A stretch of DNA of 64,000 nucleotides from Auanema rhodensis (lineage: Eukaryota; Animalia; Nematoda), in assembly GCA_964057225.1 (NCBI GenBank), contig OZ059899.1:18104001-18168000 (forward strand). The letters are read 5' to 3'. A program made the position numbers and the translations under genes. The notes beneath the pieces were generated by a model. The model ran no database searches and was not told the origin of the DNA. It saw only the letters and a program-made list of their open reading frames with translations. The first letter of the stretch is position 1. Each line of letters opens with the position of its first letter. Shown piece after piece: positions 13,701 through 29,407 of the stretch.

Positions 13701-15499
13701 CGAAATTAGATTCCCCATGTCCATATTAGTCTAAAAACAAATTTTTATTGATATTGGTGCATGGTAACCATGATTTTGAAATTTACGTGAACTTTAATTC
13801 ATGCTAATTAAATGTATACGTGGTGTGCACTCGGTATGTAACTCGCTTCACGTGAAAGATAAAGAGATGCAGTTATCAAAATTAGATTCCCCATGTCCAT
13901 ATTAGTCTAAAAACAATTTTTTACTGATATTGGTGCATGGTAACCATGATTTTGAAATTTACGTGAACTTTAATTTATGCTAATTAAACGTACACGTGAT
14001 GTGCACTTGGTATGTAACTCGCTTCACGTGAAAGATAAAGAGATGCGGTTTTTAAAATTAGATTCCCCATGTCCATATTAGTCTAAAAACAATTTTTTAC
14101 TGATATTGGTGCATGGTAACCATGATTTTGAAATTTACGTGAACTTTAATTTATGCTAATTAAACGTACACGTGGTGTGCACTCGGTATGTAACTCGCTT
14201 CACGTGAAAGATAAAGAGATGCGGTTCTCAAAATTAGATTCCCCATGTCCATATTAGTCTAAAAACAAATTTTTATTGATATTGGTGCATGGTAACCATG
14301 ACTTTGAAATTTACGTGAACTTTAATTTATGCTAATTAAACGTACACGTGGTGTGCACTCGGTATGTAACTCGCTTCACGTGAAAGATAAAGAGATGCGG
14401 TTTTCAAAATTAGATTCCCCATGTCCATATTAGTCTAAAAACAAATTTTTATTGATATTGGTGCATGGTAACCATGACTTTGAAATTTACGTGAACTTTA
14501 ATTTATGCTAATTAAACGTACACGTGGTGTGCACTTGGTATGTAACTCGCTTCACGTGAAAGATAAAGAGATGCGGTTTTCAAAATTAGATTCCCCATGT
14601 CCATATTAGTCTAAAAACAAATTTTTATTGATATTGGTGCATGGTAACCATGACTTTGAAATTTACGTGAACTTTAATTTATGCTAATTAAACGTACACG
14701 TGGTGTGCACTCGGTATGTAACTCGCTTCACGTGTAAGATAAAGAGATGCGGTTTTCAAAATTAGATTCCCCATGTCCATATTAGTCTAAAAACAAATTT
14801 TTAATGATATTGGTGCATGGTAACCATGACTTTGAAATTTACGTGAACTTTAATTTATGCTAATTAAACGTACACGTGGTGTGCACTCGGTATGTAACTC
14901 GCTTCACGTGTAAGATAAAGAGATGCGGTTTTCGAAATTAGATTCCCCATGTCCATATTAGTCTAAAAACAAATTTTTACTGATATTGGTGCATGGTAAC
15001 CATGACTTTGAAATTTACGTGAACTTTAATTTATGCTAATTAAACGTACACGTGGTGTGCACTCGGTATGTAACTCGCTTCACGTGAAAGATAAAGAGAT
15101 GCGGTTTTCAAAATTAGATTCCCCATGTCCATATTAGTCTAAAAACAAATTTTTTTTGATATTGGTGCATGGTAACCATGACTTTGAAATTTACGTGAAC
15201 TTTAATTTATGCTACATAAATCTACACGTGATGTGCACTTGGTATGTAACTCGCTTCACGTGAAAGATAAAAAGATGCGGTTTTTAAAATTAGATTCCCC
15301 ATGTCCATATTAGTCTAAAAACAATTTTTTACTGATATTGGTGCATGGTAACCATGACTTTGAAATTTACGTGAACTTTAATTTATGCTAATTAAACGTA
15401 CACGTGGTGTGCACTCGGTATGTAACTCGCTTCACGTGTAAGATAAAGAGATGCGGTTTTCAAAATTAGATTCCCCATGTCCATATTAGTCTAAAAACG

Positions 15500-16870
15500 A
15501 ATTTTTATTGATATTGGTGCATGGTAACCATGATTTTGAAATTTACGTGAACTTTAATTTATGCTAATTAAACGTAGACGTGGTGTGCACTCGGTATGTA
15601 ACTCGCTTCACGTGTAAGATAAAGAGATGCGGTTTTCAAAATTAGATTCCCCATGTCCATATTAGTCTAAAAACAAATTTTTTTTTGATATTGGTGCATG
15701 GTAACCATGACTTTGAAATTTACGTGAACTTTAATTTATGCTAATTAAACGTACACGTGGTGTGCACTCGGTATGTAACTCGCTTCACGTGTAAGATAAA
15801 GAGATGCGGTTTTCAAAATTAGATTCCCCATGTCCATATTAGTCTAAAAACAAATTTTTATTGATATTGGTGCATGGTAACCATGATTTTGAAATTTACG
15901 TGAACTTTAATTCATGCTAATTAAATGTACACGTGGTGTGGACTCGGTATGTAACTCGCTTCACGTGAAAGATAAAGAGATGCAGTTATCAAAATTAGAT
16001 TCCCCATGTCCATATTAGTCTAAAAACAATTTTTTACTGATATTGGTGCATGGTAACCATGATTTTGAAATTTACGTGAACTTTAATTTATGCTAATTAA
16101 ACGTACACGTGATGTGCACTTGGTATGTAACTCGCTTCACGTGAAAGATAAAGAGATGCGGTTTTTAAAATTAGATTCCCCATGTCCATATTAGTCTAAA
16201 AACAATTTTTTACTGATATTGGTGCATGGTAACCATGACTTTGAAATTTACGTGAACTTTAATTTATGCTAATTAAACGTACACGTGGTGTGCACTCGGT
16301 ATGTAACTCGCTTCACGTGTAAGATAAAGAGATGCGGTTTTCGAAATTAGATTCCCCATGTCCATATTAGTCTAAAAACAAATTTTTATTGATATTGGTG
16401 CATGGTAACCATGATTTTGAAATTTACGTGAACTTTAATTCATGCTAATTAAATGTACACGTGGTGTGCACTCGGTATGTAACTCGCTTCACGTGAAAGA
16501 TAAAAAGATGCAGTTATCAAAATTAGATTCCCCATGTCCATATTAGTCTAGAAACAAATTTTTATTGATATTGGTGCATGGTAACCATGACTTTGAAATT
16601 TACGTGAACTTTAATTCATGCTAATTAAACGTACACGTGGTGTGCACTCGGTATGTAACTCGCTTCACGTGTAAGATAAAGAGATGCGGTTTTCAAAATT
16701 AGATTCCCCATGTCCATATTAGTCTAAAAACAAATTTTTATTGATATTGGTGCATGGTAACCATGACTTTGAAATTTACGTGAACTTTAATTTATGCTAA
16801 TTAAACGTACACGTGGTGTGCACTCGGTATGTAACTCGCTTCACGTGTAAGATAAAGAGATGCGGTTTTC
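15500..16870 (+). repeat. Long-range duplication B, copy 1 (partner 15,495 bp downstream)
   Basis: GTAGACG 15577/31072 and TCTAGA 16551/32046 recur at offset 15495 (88x176+7). The rare TAAAAAGATGCAG allele and the following GACT...TTCATG monomer recur at the same offset. Confidence 0.8.
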
Positions 16871-19800
16871 AAAATTAGATTCCCCATGTCCATATTAGTC
16901 TAAAAACAAATTTTTATTGATATTGGTGCATGGTAACCATGATTTTGAAATTTACGTGAACTTTAATTCATGCTAATTAAATGTACACGTGGTGTGCACT
17001 CGGTATGTAACTCGCTTCACGTGAAAGATAAAGAGATGCGGTTTTCAAAATTAGATTCCCCATGTCCATATTAGTCTAAAAACAAATTTTTATTGATATT
17101 GGTGCATGGTAACCATGACTTTGAAATTTACGTGAACTTTAATTTATGCTAATTAAACGTACACGTGGTGTGCACTCGGTATGTAACTCGCTTCACGTGA
17201 AAGATAAAGAGATGCAGTTATCAAAATTAGATTCCCCATGTCCATATTAGTCTAAAAACAAATTTTTATTGATATTGGTGCATGGTAACCATGATTTTGA
17301 AATTTACGTGAACTTTAATTCATGCTAATTAAATGTACACGTGGTGTGCACTCGGTATGTAACTCGCTTCACGTGAAAGATAAAGAGATGCGGTTTTCAA
17401 AATTAGATTCCCCATGTCCATATTAGTCTAAAAACAAATTTTTATTGATATTGGTGCATGGTAACCATGATTTTGAAATTTACGTGAACTTTAATTCATG
17501 CTAATTAAATGTACACGTGGTGTGCACTCGGTATGTAACTCGCTTCACGTGAAAGATAAAGAGATGCAGTTATCAAAATTAGATTCCCCATGTCCATATT
17601 AGTCTAAAAACAATTTTTTACTGATATTGGTGCATGGTAACCATGATTTTGAAATTTACGTGAACTTTAATTTATGCTAATTAAACGTACACGTGGTGTG
17701 CACTCGGTATGTAACTCGCTTCACGTGAAAGATAAAGAGATGCGGTTCTCAAAATTAGATTCCCCATGTCCATATTAGTCTAAAAACAAATTTTTATTGA
17801 TATTGGTGCATGGTAACCATGACTTTGAAATTTACGTGAACTTTAATTTATGCTAATTAAACGTACACGTGGTGTGCACTCGGTATGTAACTCGCTTCAC
17901 GTAAAAGATAAAGAGATGCGGTTTTCAAAATTAGATTCCCCATGTCCATATTAGTCTAAAAACAAATTTTTATTGATATTGGTGCATGGTAACCATGACT
18001 TTGAAATTTACGTGAACTTTAATTTATGCTAATTAAACGTACACGTGGTGTGCACTCGGTATGTAACTCGCTTCACGTGAAAGATAAAGAGATGCGGTTT
18101 TCAAAATTAGATTCCCCATGTCCATATTAGTCTAAAAACAAATTTTTTTTGATATTGGTGCATGGTAACCATGATTTTGAAATTTACGTGAACTTTAATT
18201 TATGCTAATTAAATGTACACGTGGTGTGCACTTGGTATGTAACTCGCTTCACGTGAAAGATAAAGACATGCGGTTTTCAAAATTAGATTCCCCATGTCCA
18301 TATTAGTCTAAAAACAAATTTTTATTGATATTGGTGCATGGTAACCATGACTTTGAAATTAACGTGAACTTTAATTTATGCTAATTAAACGTACACGTGG
18401 TGTGCACTCGGTATGTAACTCGCTTCACGTGTAAGATAAAGAGATGCGGTTTTCAAAATTAGATTCCCCATGTCCATATTAGTCTAAAAACAAATTTTTA
18501 TTGATATTGGTGCATGGTAACCATGACTTTGAAATTTACGTGAACTTTAATTTATGCTAATTAAATGTACACGTGGTGTGCACTCGGTATGTAACTCGCT
18601 TCACGTGAAAGATAAAGAGATGCAGTTATCAAAATTAGATTCCCCATGTCCATATTAGTCTAAAAACAATTTTTTACTGATATTGGTGCATGGTAACCAT
18701 GATTTTGAAATTTACGTGAACTTTAATTTATGCTAATTAAACGTACACGTGATGTGCACTTGGTATGTAACTCGCTTCACGTGAAAGATAAAGAGATGCG
18801 GTTTTTAAAATTAGATTCCCCATGTCCATATTAGTCTAAAAACAATTTTTTACTGATATTGGTGCATGGTAACCATGATTTTGAAATTTACGTGAACTTT
18901 AATTTATGCTAATTAAACGTACACGTGGTGTGCACTCGGTATGTAACTCGCTTCACGTGAAAGATAAAGAGATGCGGTTCTCAAAATTAGATTCCCCATG
19001 TCCATATTAGTCTAAAAACAAATTTTTATTGATATTGGTGCATGGTAACCATGACTTTGAAATTTACGTGAACTTTAATTTATGCTTATTAAACGTACAC
19101 GTGGTGTGCACTCGGTATGTAACTCGCTTCACGTGAAAGATAAAGAGATGCGGTTTTCAAAATTAGATTCCCCATGTCCATATTAGTCTAAAAACAAATT
19201 TTTTTTGATATTGGTGCATGGTAACCATGACTTTGAATTTTACGTGAACTTTAATTTATGCTAATTAAACGTACACGTGGTGTGCACTCGGTATGTAACT
19301 CGCTTCACGTGTAAGATAAAGAGATGCGGTTTTCAAAATTAGATTCCCCATGTCCATATTAGTCTAAAAACAAATTTTTATTGATATTGGTGCATGGTAA
19401 CCATGACTTTGAAATTTACGTGAACTTTAATTTATGCTAATTAAACGTACACGTGGTGTGCACTCGGTATGTAACTCGCTTCACGTGTAAGATAAAGAGA
19501 TGCGGTTTTCAAAATTAGATTCCCCATGTCCATATTAGTCTAAAAACAAATTTTTATTGATATTGGTGCATGGTAACCATGATTTTGAAATTTACGTGAA
19601 CTTTAATTTATGCTACATAAATCTACACGTGATGTGCACTTGGTATGTAACTCGCTTCACGTGAAAGATAAAAAGATGCGGTTTTTAAAATTAGATTCCC
19701 CATGTCCATATTAGTCTAAAAACAATTTTTTACTGATATTGGTGCATGGTAACCATGACTTTGAAATTTACGTGAACTTTAATTTATGCTAATTAAACGT

Positions 19801-22189
19801 ACACGTGGTGTGCACTCGGTATGTAACTCGCTTCACGTGAAAGATAAAGAGAAGCGGTTTTCAAAATTAGATTCCCCATGTCCATATTAGTCTAAAAACA
19901 AATTTTTTTTGATATTGGTGCATGGTAACCATGATTTTGAAATTTACGTGAACTTTAATTTATGCTAATTAAATGTACACGTGGTGTGCACTCGGTATGT
20001 AACTCGCTTCACGTGAAAGATAAAGAGATGCGGTTTTCAAAATTAGATTCCCCATGTCCATATTAGTCTAAAAACAAATTTTTTTTGATATTGGTGCATG
20101 GTAACCATGATTTTGAAATTTACGTGAACTTTAATTTATGCTAATTAAATGTACACGTGGTGTGCACTCGGTATGTAACTCGCTTCACGTGAAAGATAAA
20201 GAGATGCGGTTTTCAAAATTAGATTCCCCATGTCCATATTAGTCTAAAAACAAATTTTTATTGATATTGGTGCATGGTAACCATGACTTTGAATTTTACG
20301 TGAACTTTAATTCATGCTAATTAAACGTACACGTGGTGTGCACTCGGTATGTAACTCGCTTCACGTGTAAGATAAAGAGATGCGGTTTTCAAAATTAGAT
20401 TCCCCATGTCCATATTAGTCTAAAAACAAATTTTTATTGATATTGGTGCATGGTAACCATGACTTTGAAATTTACGTGAACTTTAATTTATGCTAATTAA
20501 ACGTACACGTGGTGTGCACTCGGTATGTAACTCGCTTCACGTGTAAGATAAAGAGATGCGGTTTTCAAAATTAGATTCCCCATGTCCATATTAGTCTAAA
20601 AACAAATTTTTATTGATATTGGTGCATGGTAACCATGATTTTGAAATTTACGTGAACTTTAATTTATGCTAATTAAACGTAGACGTGGTGTGCACTCGGT
20701 ATGTAACTCGCTTCACGTGTAAGATAAAGAGATGCGGTTTTCAAAATTAGATTCCCCATGTCCATATTAGTCTAAAAACAAATTTTTTTTTGATATTGGT
20801 GCATGGTAACCATGACTTTGAAATTTACGTGAACTTTAATTTATGCTAATTAAACGTAGACGTGGTGTGCACTCGGTATGTAACTCGCTTCACGTGTAAG
20901 ATAAAGAGATGCGGTTTTCAAAATTAGATTCCCCATGTCCATATTAGTCTAAAAACAAATTTTTTTTTGATATTGGTGCATGGTAACCATGACTTTGAAA
21001 TTTACGTGAACTTTAATTTATGCTAATTAAACGTACACGTGGTGTGCACTCGGTATGTAACTCGCTTCACGTGAAAGATAAAGAGATGCGGTTTTCAAAA
21101 TTAGATTCCCCATGTCCATATTAGTCTAAAAACAAAATTTTATTGATATTGGTGCATGGTAACCATGACTTTGAAATTTACGTGAACTTTAATTTATGCT
21201 ACATAAATGTACACGTGATGTGCACTTGGTATGTAACTCGCTTCACGTGAAAGATAAAAAGATGCGGTTTTTAAAATTAGATTCCCCATGTCCATATTAG
21301 TCTAAAAACAAATTTTTATTGATATTGGTGCATGGTAACCATGATTTTGAAATTTACGTGAACTTTAATTCATGCTAATTAAATGTACACGTGGTGTGGA
21401 CTCGGTATGTAACTCGCTTCACGTGAAAGATAAAGAGATGCGGTTTTCAAAATTAGATTCCCCATGTCCGTATTAGTCTAAAAACAAATTTTTATTGATA
21501 TTGGTGCATGGTAACCATGACTTTGAATTTTACGTGAACTTTAATTCATGCTAATTAAACGTACACGTGGTGTGCACTCGGTATGTAACTCGCTTCACGT
21601 GAAAGATAAAGAGATGCGGTTTTCAAAATTAGATTCCCCATGTCCATATTAGTCTAAAAACAAAATTTTATTGATATTGGTGCATGGTAACCATGACTTT
21701 GAAATTTACGTGAACTTTAATTTATGCTACATAAATGTACACGTGATGTGCACTTGGTATGTAACTCGCTTCACGTGAAAGATAAAAAGATGCGGTTTTT
21801 AAAATTAGATTCCCCATGTCCATATTAGTCTAAAAACAAATTTTTATTGATATTGGTGCTTGGTAACCATGACTTTGAATTTTACGTGAACTTTAATTCA
21901 TGCTAATTAAACGTACACGTGGTGTGCACTCGGTATGTAACTCGCTTCACGTGAAAGATAAAGAGATGCGGTTTTCAAAATTAGATTCCCCATGTCCATA
22001 TTAGTCTAAAAACAAAATTTTATTGATATTGGTGCATGGTAACCATGACTTTGAAATTTACGTGAACTTTAATTTATGCTACATAAATGTACACGTGATG
22101 TGCACTTGGTATGTAACTCGCTTCACGTGAAAGATAAAAAGATGCGGTTTTTAAAATTAGATTCCCCATGTCCATATTAGTCTAAAAAC

Positions 22190-24640
22190 AAATTTTTATT
22201 GATATTGGTGCATGGTAACCATGATTTTGAAATTTACGTGAACTTTAATTCATGCTAATTAAATGTACACGTGGTGTGGACTCGGTATGTAACTCGCTTC
22301 ACGTGAAAGATAAAGAGATGCAGTTATCAAAATTAGATTCCCCATGTCCATATTAGTCTAAAAACAATTTTTTACTGATATTGGTGCATGGTAACCATGA
22401 TTTTGAAATTTACGTGAACTTTAATTTATGCTAATTAAACGTACACGTGATGTGCACTTGGTATGTAACTCGCTTCACGTGAAAGATAAAGAGATGCGGT
22501 TTTTAAAATTAGATTCCCCATGTCCATATTAGTCTAAAAACAATTTTTTACTGATATTGGTGCATGGTAACCATGATTTTGAAATTTACGTGAACTTTAA
22601 TTTATGCTAATCAAACGTACACGTGGTGTGCTCTCGGTATGTAACTCGCTTCACGTGAAAGATAAAGAGATGCGGTTTTCAAAATTAGATTCCCCATGTC
22701 CATATTAGTCTAAAAACAAATTTTTATTGATATTGGTGCATGGTAACCATGACTTTGAAATTTACGTGAACTTTAATTTATGCTAATTAAACGTACACGT
22801 GGTGTGCACTCGGTATGTAACTCGCTTCACGTGAAAGATAAAGAGATGCGGTTTTCAAAATTAGATTCCCCATGTCCATATTAGTCTAAAAACAAATTTT
22901 TTTTGATATTGGTGCATGGTAACCATGATTTTGAAATTTACGTGAACTTTAATTTATGCTAATTAAATGTACACGTGGTGTGCACTCGGTATGTAACTCG
23001 CTTCACGTGAAAGATAAAGAGATGCGGTTTTCAAAATTAGATTCCCCATGTCCGTATTAGTCTAAAAACAAATTTTTATTGATATTGGTGCATGGTAACC
23101 ATGACTTTGAATTTTACGTGAACTTTAATTCATGCTAATTAAACGTACACGTGGTGTGCACTCGGTATGTAACTCGCTTCACGTGAAAGATAAAGAGATG
23201 CGGTTTTCAAAATTAGATTCCCCATGTCCATATTAGTCTAAAAACAAAATTTTATTGATATTGGTGCATGGTAACCATGACTTTGAAATTTACGTGAACT
23301 TTAATTTATGCTACATAAATGTACACGTGATGTGCACTTGGTATGTAACTCGCTTCACGTGAAAGATAAAAAGATGCGGTTTTTAAAATTAGATTCCCCA
23401 TGTCCATATTAGTCTAAAAACAAATTTTTATTGATATTGGTGCATGGTAACCATGATTTTGAAATTTACGTGAACTTTAATTCATGCTAATTAAATGTAC
23501 ACGTGGTGTGGACTCGGTATGTAACTCGCTTCACGTGAAAGATAAAGAGATGCAGTTATCAAAATTAGATTCCCCATGTCCATATTAGTCTAAAAACAAT
23601 TTTTTACTGATATTGGTGCATGGTAACCATGATTTTGAAATTTACGTGAACTTTAATTTATGCTAATTAAACGTACACGTGATGTGCACTTGGTATGTAA
23701 CTCGCTTCACGTGAAAGATAAAGAGATGCGGTTTTTAAAATTAGATTCCCCATGTCCATATTAGTCTAAAAACAATTTTTTACTGATATTGGTGCATGGT
23801 AACCATGATTTTGAAATTTACGTGAACTTTAATTTATGCTAATCAAACGTACACGTGGTGTGCTCTCGGTATGTAACTCGCTTCACGTGAAAGATAAAGA
23901 GATGCGGTTTTCAAAATTAGATTCCCCATGTCCATATTAGTCTAAAAACAAATTTTTATTGATATTGGTGCATGGTAACCATGACTTTGAAATTTACGTG
24001 AACTTTAATTTATGCTAATTAAACGTACACGTGGTGTGCACTCGGTATGTAACTCGCTTCACGTGAAAGATAAAGAGATGCGGTTTTCAAAATTAGATTC
24101 CCCATGTCCATATTAGTCTAAAAACAAATTTTTTTTGATATTGGTGCATGGTAACCATGATTTTGAAATTTACGTGAACTTTAATTTATGCTAATTAAAT
24201 GTACACGTGGTGTGCACTCGGTATGTAACTCGCTTCACGTGAAAGATAAAGAGATGCGGTTTTCAAAATTAGATTCCCCATGTCCATATTAGTCTAAAAA
24301 CAAATTTTTATTGATATTGGTGCATGGTAACCATGACTTTGAATTTTACGTGAACTTTAATTCATGCTAATTAAACGTACACGTGGTGTGCACTCGGTAT
24401 GTAACTCGCTTCACGTGAAAGATAAAGAGATGCGGTTTTCAAAATTAGATTCCCCATGTCCATATTAGTCTAAAAACAAAATTTTATTGATATTGGTGCA
24501 TGGTAACCATGACTTTGAAATTTACGTGAACTTTAATTTATGCTACATAAATGTACACGTGATGTGCACTTGGTATGTAACTCGCTTCACGTGAAAGATA
24601 AAAAGATGCGGTTTTTAAAATTAGATTCCCCATGTCCATA
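22190..24640 (+). repeat. Tandem 7-monomer (1232 bp) higher-order unit, two adjacent copies
   Basis: The AATCAAAC...GCTCTC monomer occurs at 22612 and 23844 (offset 1232). The order GTGGAC, GTGATG, AATCA, plain, T8, GAATTTT, CTACAT is repeated. Confidence 0.85.
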
Positions 24641-27600
24641 TTAGTATAAAAACAATTTTTTACTGATATTGGTGCATGGTAACCATGACTTTGAAATTTA
24701 CGTGAATTTTAATTTATGCTAATTAAACGTACACGTGGTGTGCACTCGGTATGTAACTCGCTTCACGTGTAAGATAAAGAGATGCGGTTTTCAAAATTAG
24801 ATTCCCCATGTCCATATTAGTCTAAAAACAAATTTTTATTGATATTGGTGCATGGTAACCATGATTTTGAAATTTACGTGAACTTTAATTTATGCTGATT
24901 AAACGTAGACGTGGTGTGCACTCGGTATGTAACTCGCTTCACGTGTAAGATAAAGAGATGCGGTTTTCAAAATTAGATTCCCCATGTCCATATTAGTCTA
25001 AAAACAAATTTTTTTTTGATATTGGTGCATGGTAACCATGACTTTGAAATTTACGTGAACTTTAATTTATGCTAATTAAACGTACACGTGGTGTGCACTC
25101 GGTATGTAACTCGCTTCACGTGTAAGATAAAGAGATGCGGTTTTCAAAATTAGATTCCCCATGTCCATATTAGTCTAAAAACAAATTTTTATTGATATTG
25201 GTGCATGGTAACCATGACTTTGAAATTTACGTGAACTTTAATTTATGCTAATTAAACGTACACGTGGTGTGCACTCGGTATGTAACTCGCTTCACGTGTA
25301 AGATAAAGAGATGCGGTTTTCAAAATTAGATTCCCCATGTCCATATTAGTCTAAAAACAAATTTTTATTGATATTGGTGCATGGTAACCATGATTTTGAA
25401 ATTTACGTGAACTTTAATTCATGCTAATTAAATGTACACGTGGTGTGGACTCGGTATGTAACTCGCTTCACGTGAAAGATAAAGAGATGCAGTTATCAAA
25501 ATTAGATTCCCCATGTCCATATTAGTCTAAAAACAATTTTTTACTGATATTGGTGCATGGTAACCATGATTTTGAAATTTACGTGAACTTTAATTTATGC
25601 TAATTAAACGTACACGTGATGTGCACTTGGTATGTAACTCGCTTCACGTGAAAGATAAAGAGATGCGGTTTTTAAAATTAGATTCCCCATGTCCAAATTA
25701 GTCTAAAAACAATTTTTTACTGATATTGGTGCATGGTAACCATGATTTTGAAATTTACGTGAACTTTAATTTATGCTAATTAAATGTACACGTGGTGTGC
25801 ACTCGGTATGTAACTCGCTTCACGTGAAAGATAAAGAGATGCGGTTTTCAAAATTAGATTCCCCATGTCCATATTAGTCTAAAAACAAATTTTTATTGAT
25901 ATTGGTGCATGGTAACCATGACTTTGAATTTTACGTGAACTTTAATTCATGCTAATTAAACGTACACGTGGTGTGCACTCGGTATGTAACTCGCTTCACG
26001 TGAAAGATAAAGAGATGCGGTTTTCAAAATTAGATTCCCCATGTCCATATTAGTCTAAAAACAAAATTTTATTGATATTGGTGCATGGTAACCATGACTT
26101 TGAAATTTACGTGAACTTTAATTTATGCTAATTAAACGTACACGTGGTGTGCACTCGGTATGTAACTCGCTTCACGTGTAAGATAAAGAGATGCGGTTTT
26201 CAAAATTAGATTCCCCATGTCCATATTAGTCTAAAAACAAATTTTTATTGATATTGGTGCATGGTAACCATGATTTTGAAATTTACGTGAACTTTAATTC
26301 ATGCTAATTAAATGTACACGTGGTGTGGACTCGGTATGTAACTCGCTTCACGTGAAAGATAAAGAGATGCAGTTATCAAAATTAGATTCCCCATGTCCAT
26401 ATTAGTCTAAAAACAATTTTTTACTGATATTGGTGCATGGTAACCATGATTTTGAAATTTACGTGAACTTTAATTTATGCTAATTAAACGTACACGTGAT
26501 GTGCACTTGGTATGTAACTCGCTTCACGTGAAAGATAAAGAGATGCGGTTTTTAAAATTAGATTCCCCATGTCCATATTAGTCTAAAAACAATTTTTCAC
26601 TGATATTGGTGCATGGTAACCATGACTTTGAAATTTACGTGAACTTTAATTTATGCTAATTAAACGTACACGTGGTGTGCACTCGGTATGTAACTCGCTT
26701 CACGTGTAAGATAAAGAGATGCGGTTTTCGAAATTAGATTCCCCATGTCCATATTAGTCTAAAAACAAATTTTTATTGATATTGGTGCATGGTAACCATG
26801 ATTTTGAAATTTACGTGAACTTTAATTTATGCTAATTAAACGTACACGTGGTGTGCACTCGGTATGTAACTCGCTTCACGTGAAAGATAAAGAGATGCGG
26901 TTCTCAAAATTAGATTCCCCATGTCCATATTAGTCTAAAAACAAATTTTTATTGATATTGGTGCATGGTAACCATGACTTTGAAATTTACGTGAACTTTA
27001 ATTTATGCTAATTAAACGTACACGTGGTGTGCACTCGGTTTGTAACTCGCTTCACGTGAAAGATAAAGAGATGCGGTTTTCAAAATTAGATTCTTCATGT
27101 CCATATTAGTCTAAAAACAAATTTTTTTTGATATTGGTGCATGGTAACCATGATTTTGAAATTTACGTGAACTTTAATTTATGCTAATTAAATGTACACG
27201 TGGTGTGCACTCGGTATGTAACTCGCTTCACGTGAAAGATAAAGAGATGCGGTTTTCAAAATTAGATTCCCCATGTCCATATTAGTCTAAAAACAAATTT
27301 TTATTGATATTGGTGCATGGTAACCATGACTTTGAATTTTACGTGAACTTTAATTCATGCTAATTAAACGTACACGTGGTGTGCACTCGGTATGTAACTC
27401 GCTTCACGTGAAAGATAAAGAGATGCGGTTTTCAAAATTAGATTCCCCATGTCCATATTAGTCTAAAAACAAAATTTTATTGATATTGGTGCATGGTAAC
27501 CATGACTTTGAAATTTACGTGAACTTTAATTTATGCTACATAAATGTACACGTGATGTGCACTTGGTATGTAACTCGCTTCACGTGAAAGATAAAAAGAT

Positions 27601-29407
27601 GCGGTTTTTAAAATTAGATTCCCCATGTCCATATTAGTCTAAAAACAATTTTTTACTGATATTGGTGCATGGTAACCATGACTTTGAAATTTACGTGAAT
27701 TTTAATTTATGCTAATTAAACGTACACGTGGTGTGCACTCGGTATGTAACTCGCTTCACGTGTAAGATAAAGAGATGCGGTTTTCAAAATTAGATTCCCC
27801 ATGTCCATATTAGTCTAAAAACAAATTTTTATTGATATTGGTGCATGGTAACCATGATTTTGAAATTTACGTGAACTTTAATTTATGCTGATTAAACGTA
27901 GACGTGGTGTGCACTCGGTATGTAACTCGCTTCACGTGTAAGATAAAGAGATGCGGTTTTCAAAATTAGATTCCCCATGTCCATATTAGTCTAAAAACAA
28001 ATTTTTTTTTGATATTGGTGCATGGTAACCATGACTTTGAAATTTACGTGAACTTTAATTTATGCTAATTAAACGTACACGTGGTGTGCACTCGGTATGT
28101 AACTCGCTTCACGTGTAAGATAAAGAGATGCGGTTTTCAAAATTAGATTCCCCATGTCCATATTAGTCTAAAAACAAATTTTTATTGATATTGGTGCATG
28201 GTAACCATGACTTTGAAATTTACGTGAACTTTAATTTATGCTAATTAAACGTACACGTGGTGTGCACTCGGTATGTAACTCGCTTCACGTGTAAGATAAA
28301 GAGATGCGGTTTTCAAAATTAGATTCCCCATGTCCATATTAGTCTAAAAACAAATTTTTATTGATATTGGTGCATGGTAACCATGATTTTGAAATTTACG
28401 TGAACTTTAATTCATGCTAATTAAATGTACACGTGGTGTGGACTCGGTATGTAACTCGCTTCACGTGAAAGATAAAGAGATGCAGTTATCAAAATTAGAT
28501 TCCCCATGTCCATATTAGTCTAAAAACAATTTTTTACTGATATTGGTGCATGGTAACCATGACTTTGAAATTTACGTGAATTTTAATTTATGCTAATTAA
28601 ACGTACACGTGGTGTGCACTCGGTATGTAACTCGCTTCACGTGTAAGATAAAGAGATGCGGTTTTCAAAATTAGATTCCCCATGTCCATATTAGTCTAAA
28701 AACAAATTTTTTTTTGATATTGGTGCATGGTAACCATGACTTTGAAATTTACGTGAACTTTAATTTATGCTAATTAAACGTACACGTGGTGTGCACTCGG
28801 TATGTAACTCGCTTCACGTGTAAGATAAAGAGATGCGGTTTTCAAAATTAGATTCCCCATGTCCATATTAGTCTAAAAACAAATTTTTATTGATATTGGT
28901 GCATGGTAACCATGATTTTGAAATTTACGTGAACTTTAATTTATGCTGATTAAACGTAGACGTGGTGTGCACTCGGTATGTAACTCGCTTCACGTGTAAG
29001 ATAAAGAGATGCGGTTTTCAAAATTAGATTCCCCATGTCCATATTAGTCTAAAAACAAATTTTTTTTTGATATTGGTGCATGGTAACCATGACTTTGAAA
29101 TTTACGTGAACTTTAATTTATGCTAATTAAACGTACACGTGGTGTGCACTCGGTATGTAACTCGCTTCACGTGTAAGATAAAGAGATGCGGTTTTCAAAC
29201 TTAGATTCCCCATGTCCATATTAGTCTAAAAACAAATTTTTATTGATATTGGTGCATGGTAACCATGACTTTGAAATTTACGTGAACTTTAATTTATGCT
29301 AATTAAACGTACACGTGGTGTGCACTCGGTATGTAACTCGCTTCACGTGTAAGATAAAGAGATGCGGTTTTCAAAATTAGATTCCCCATGTCCATATTAG
29401 TCTAAAA

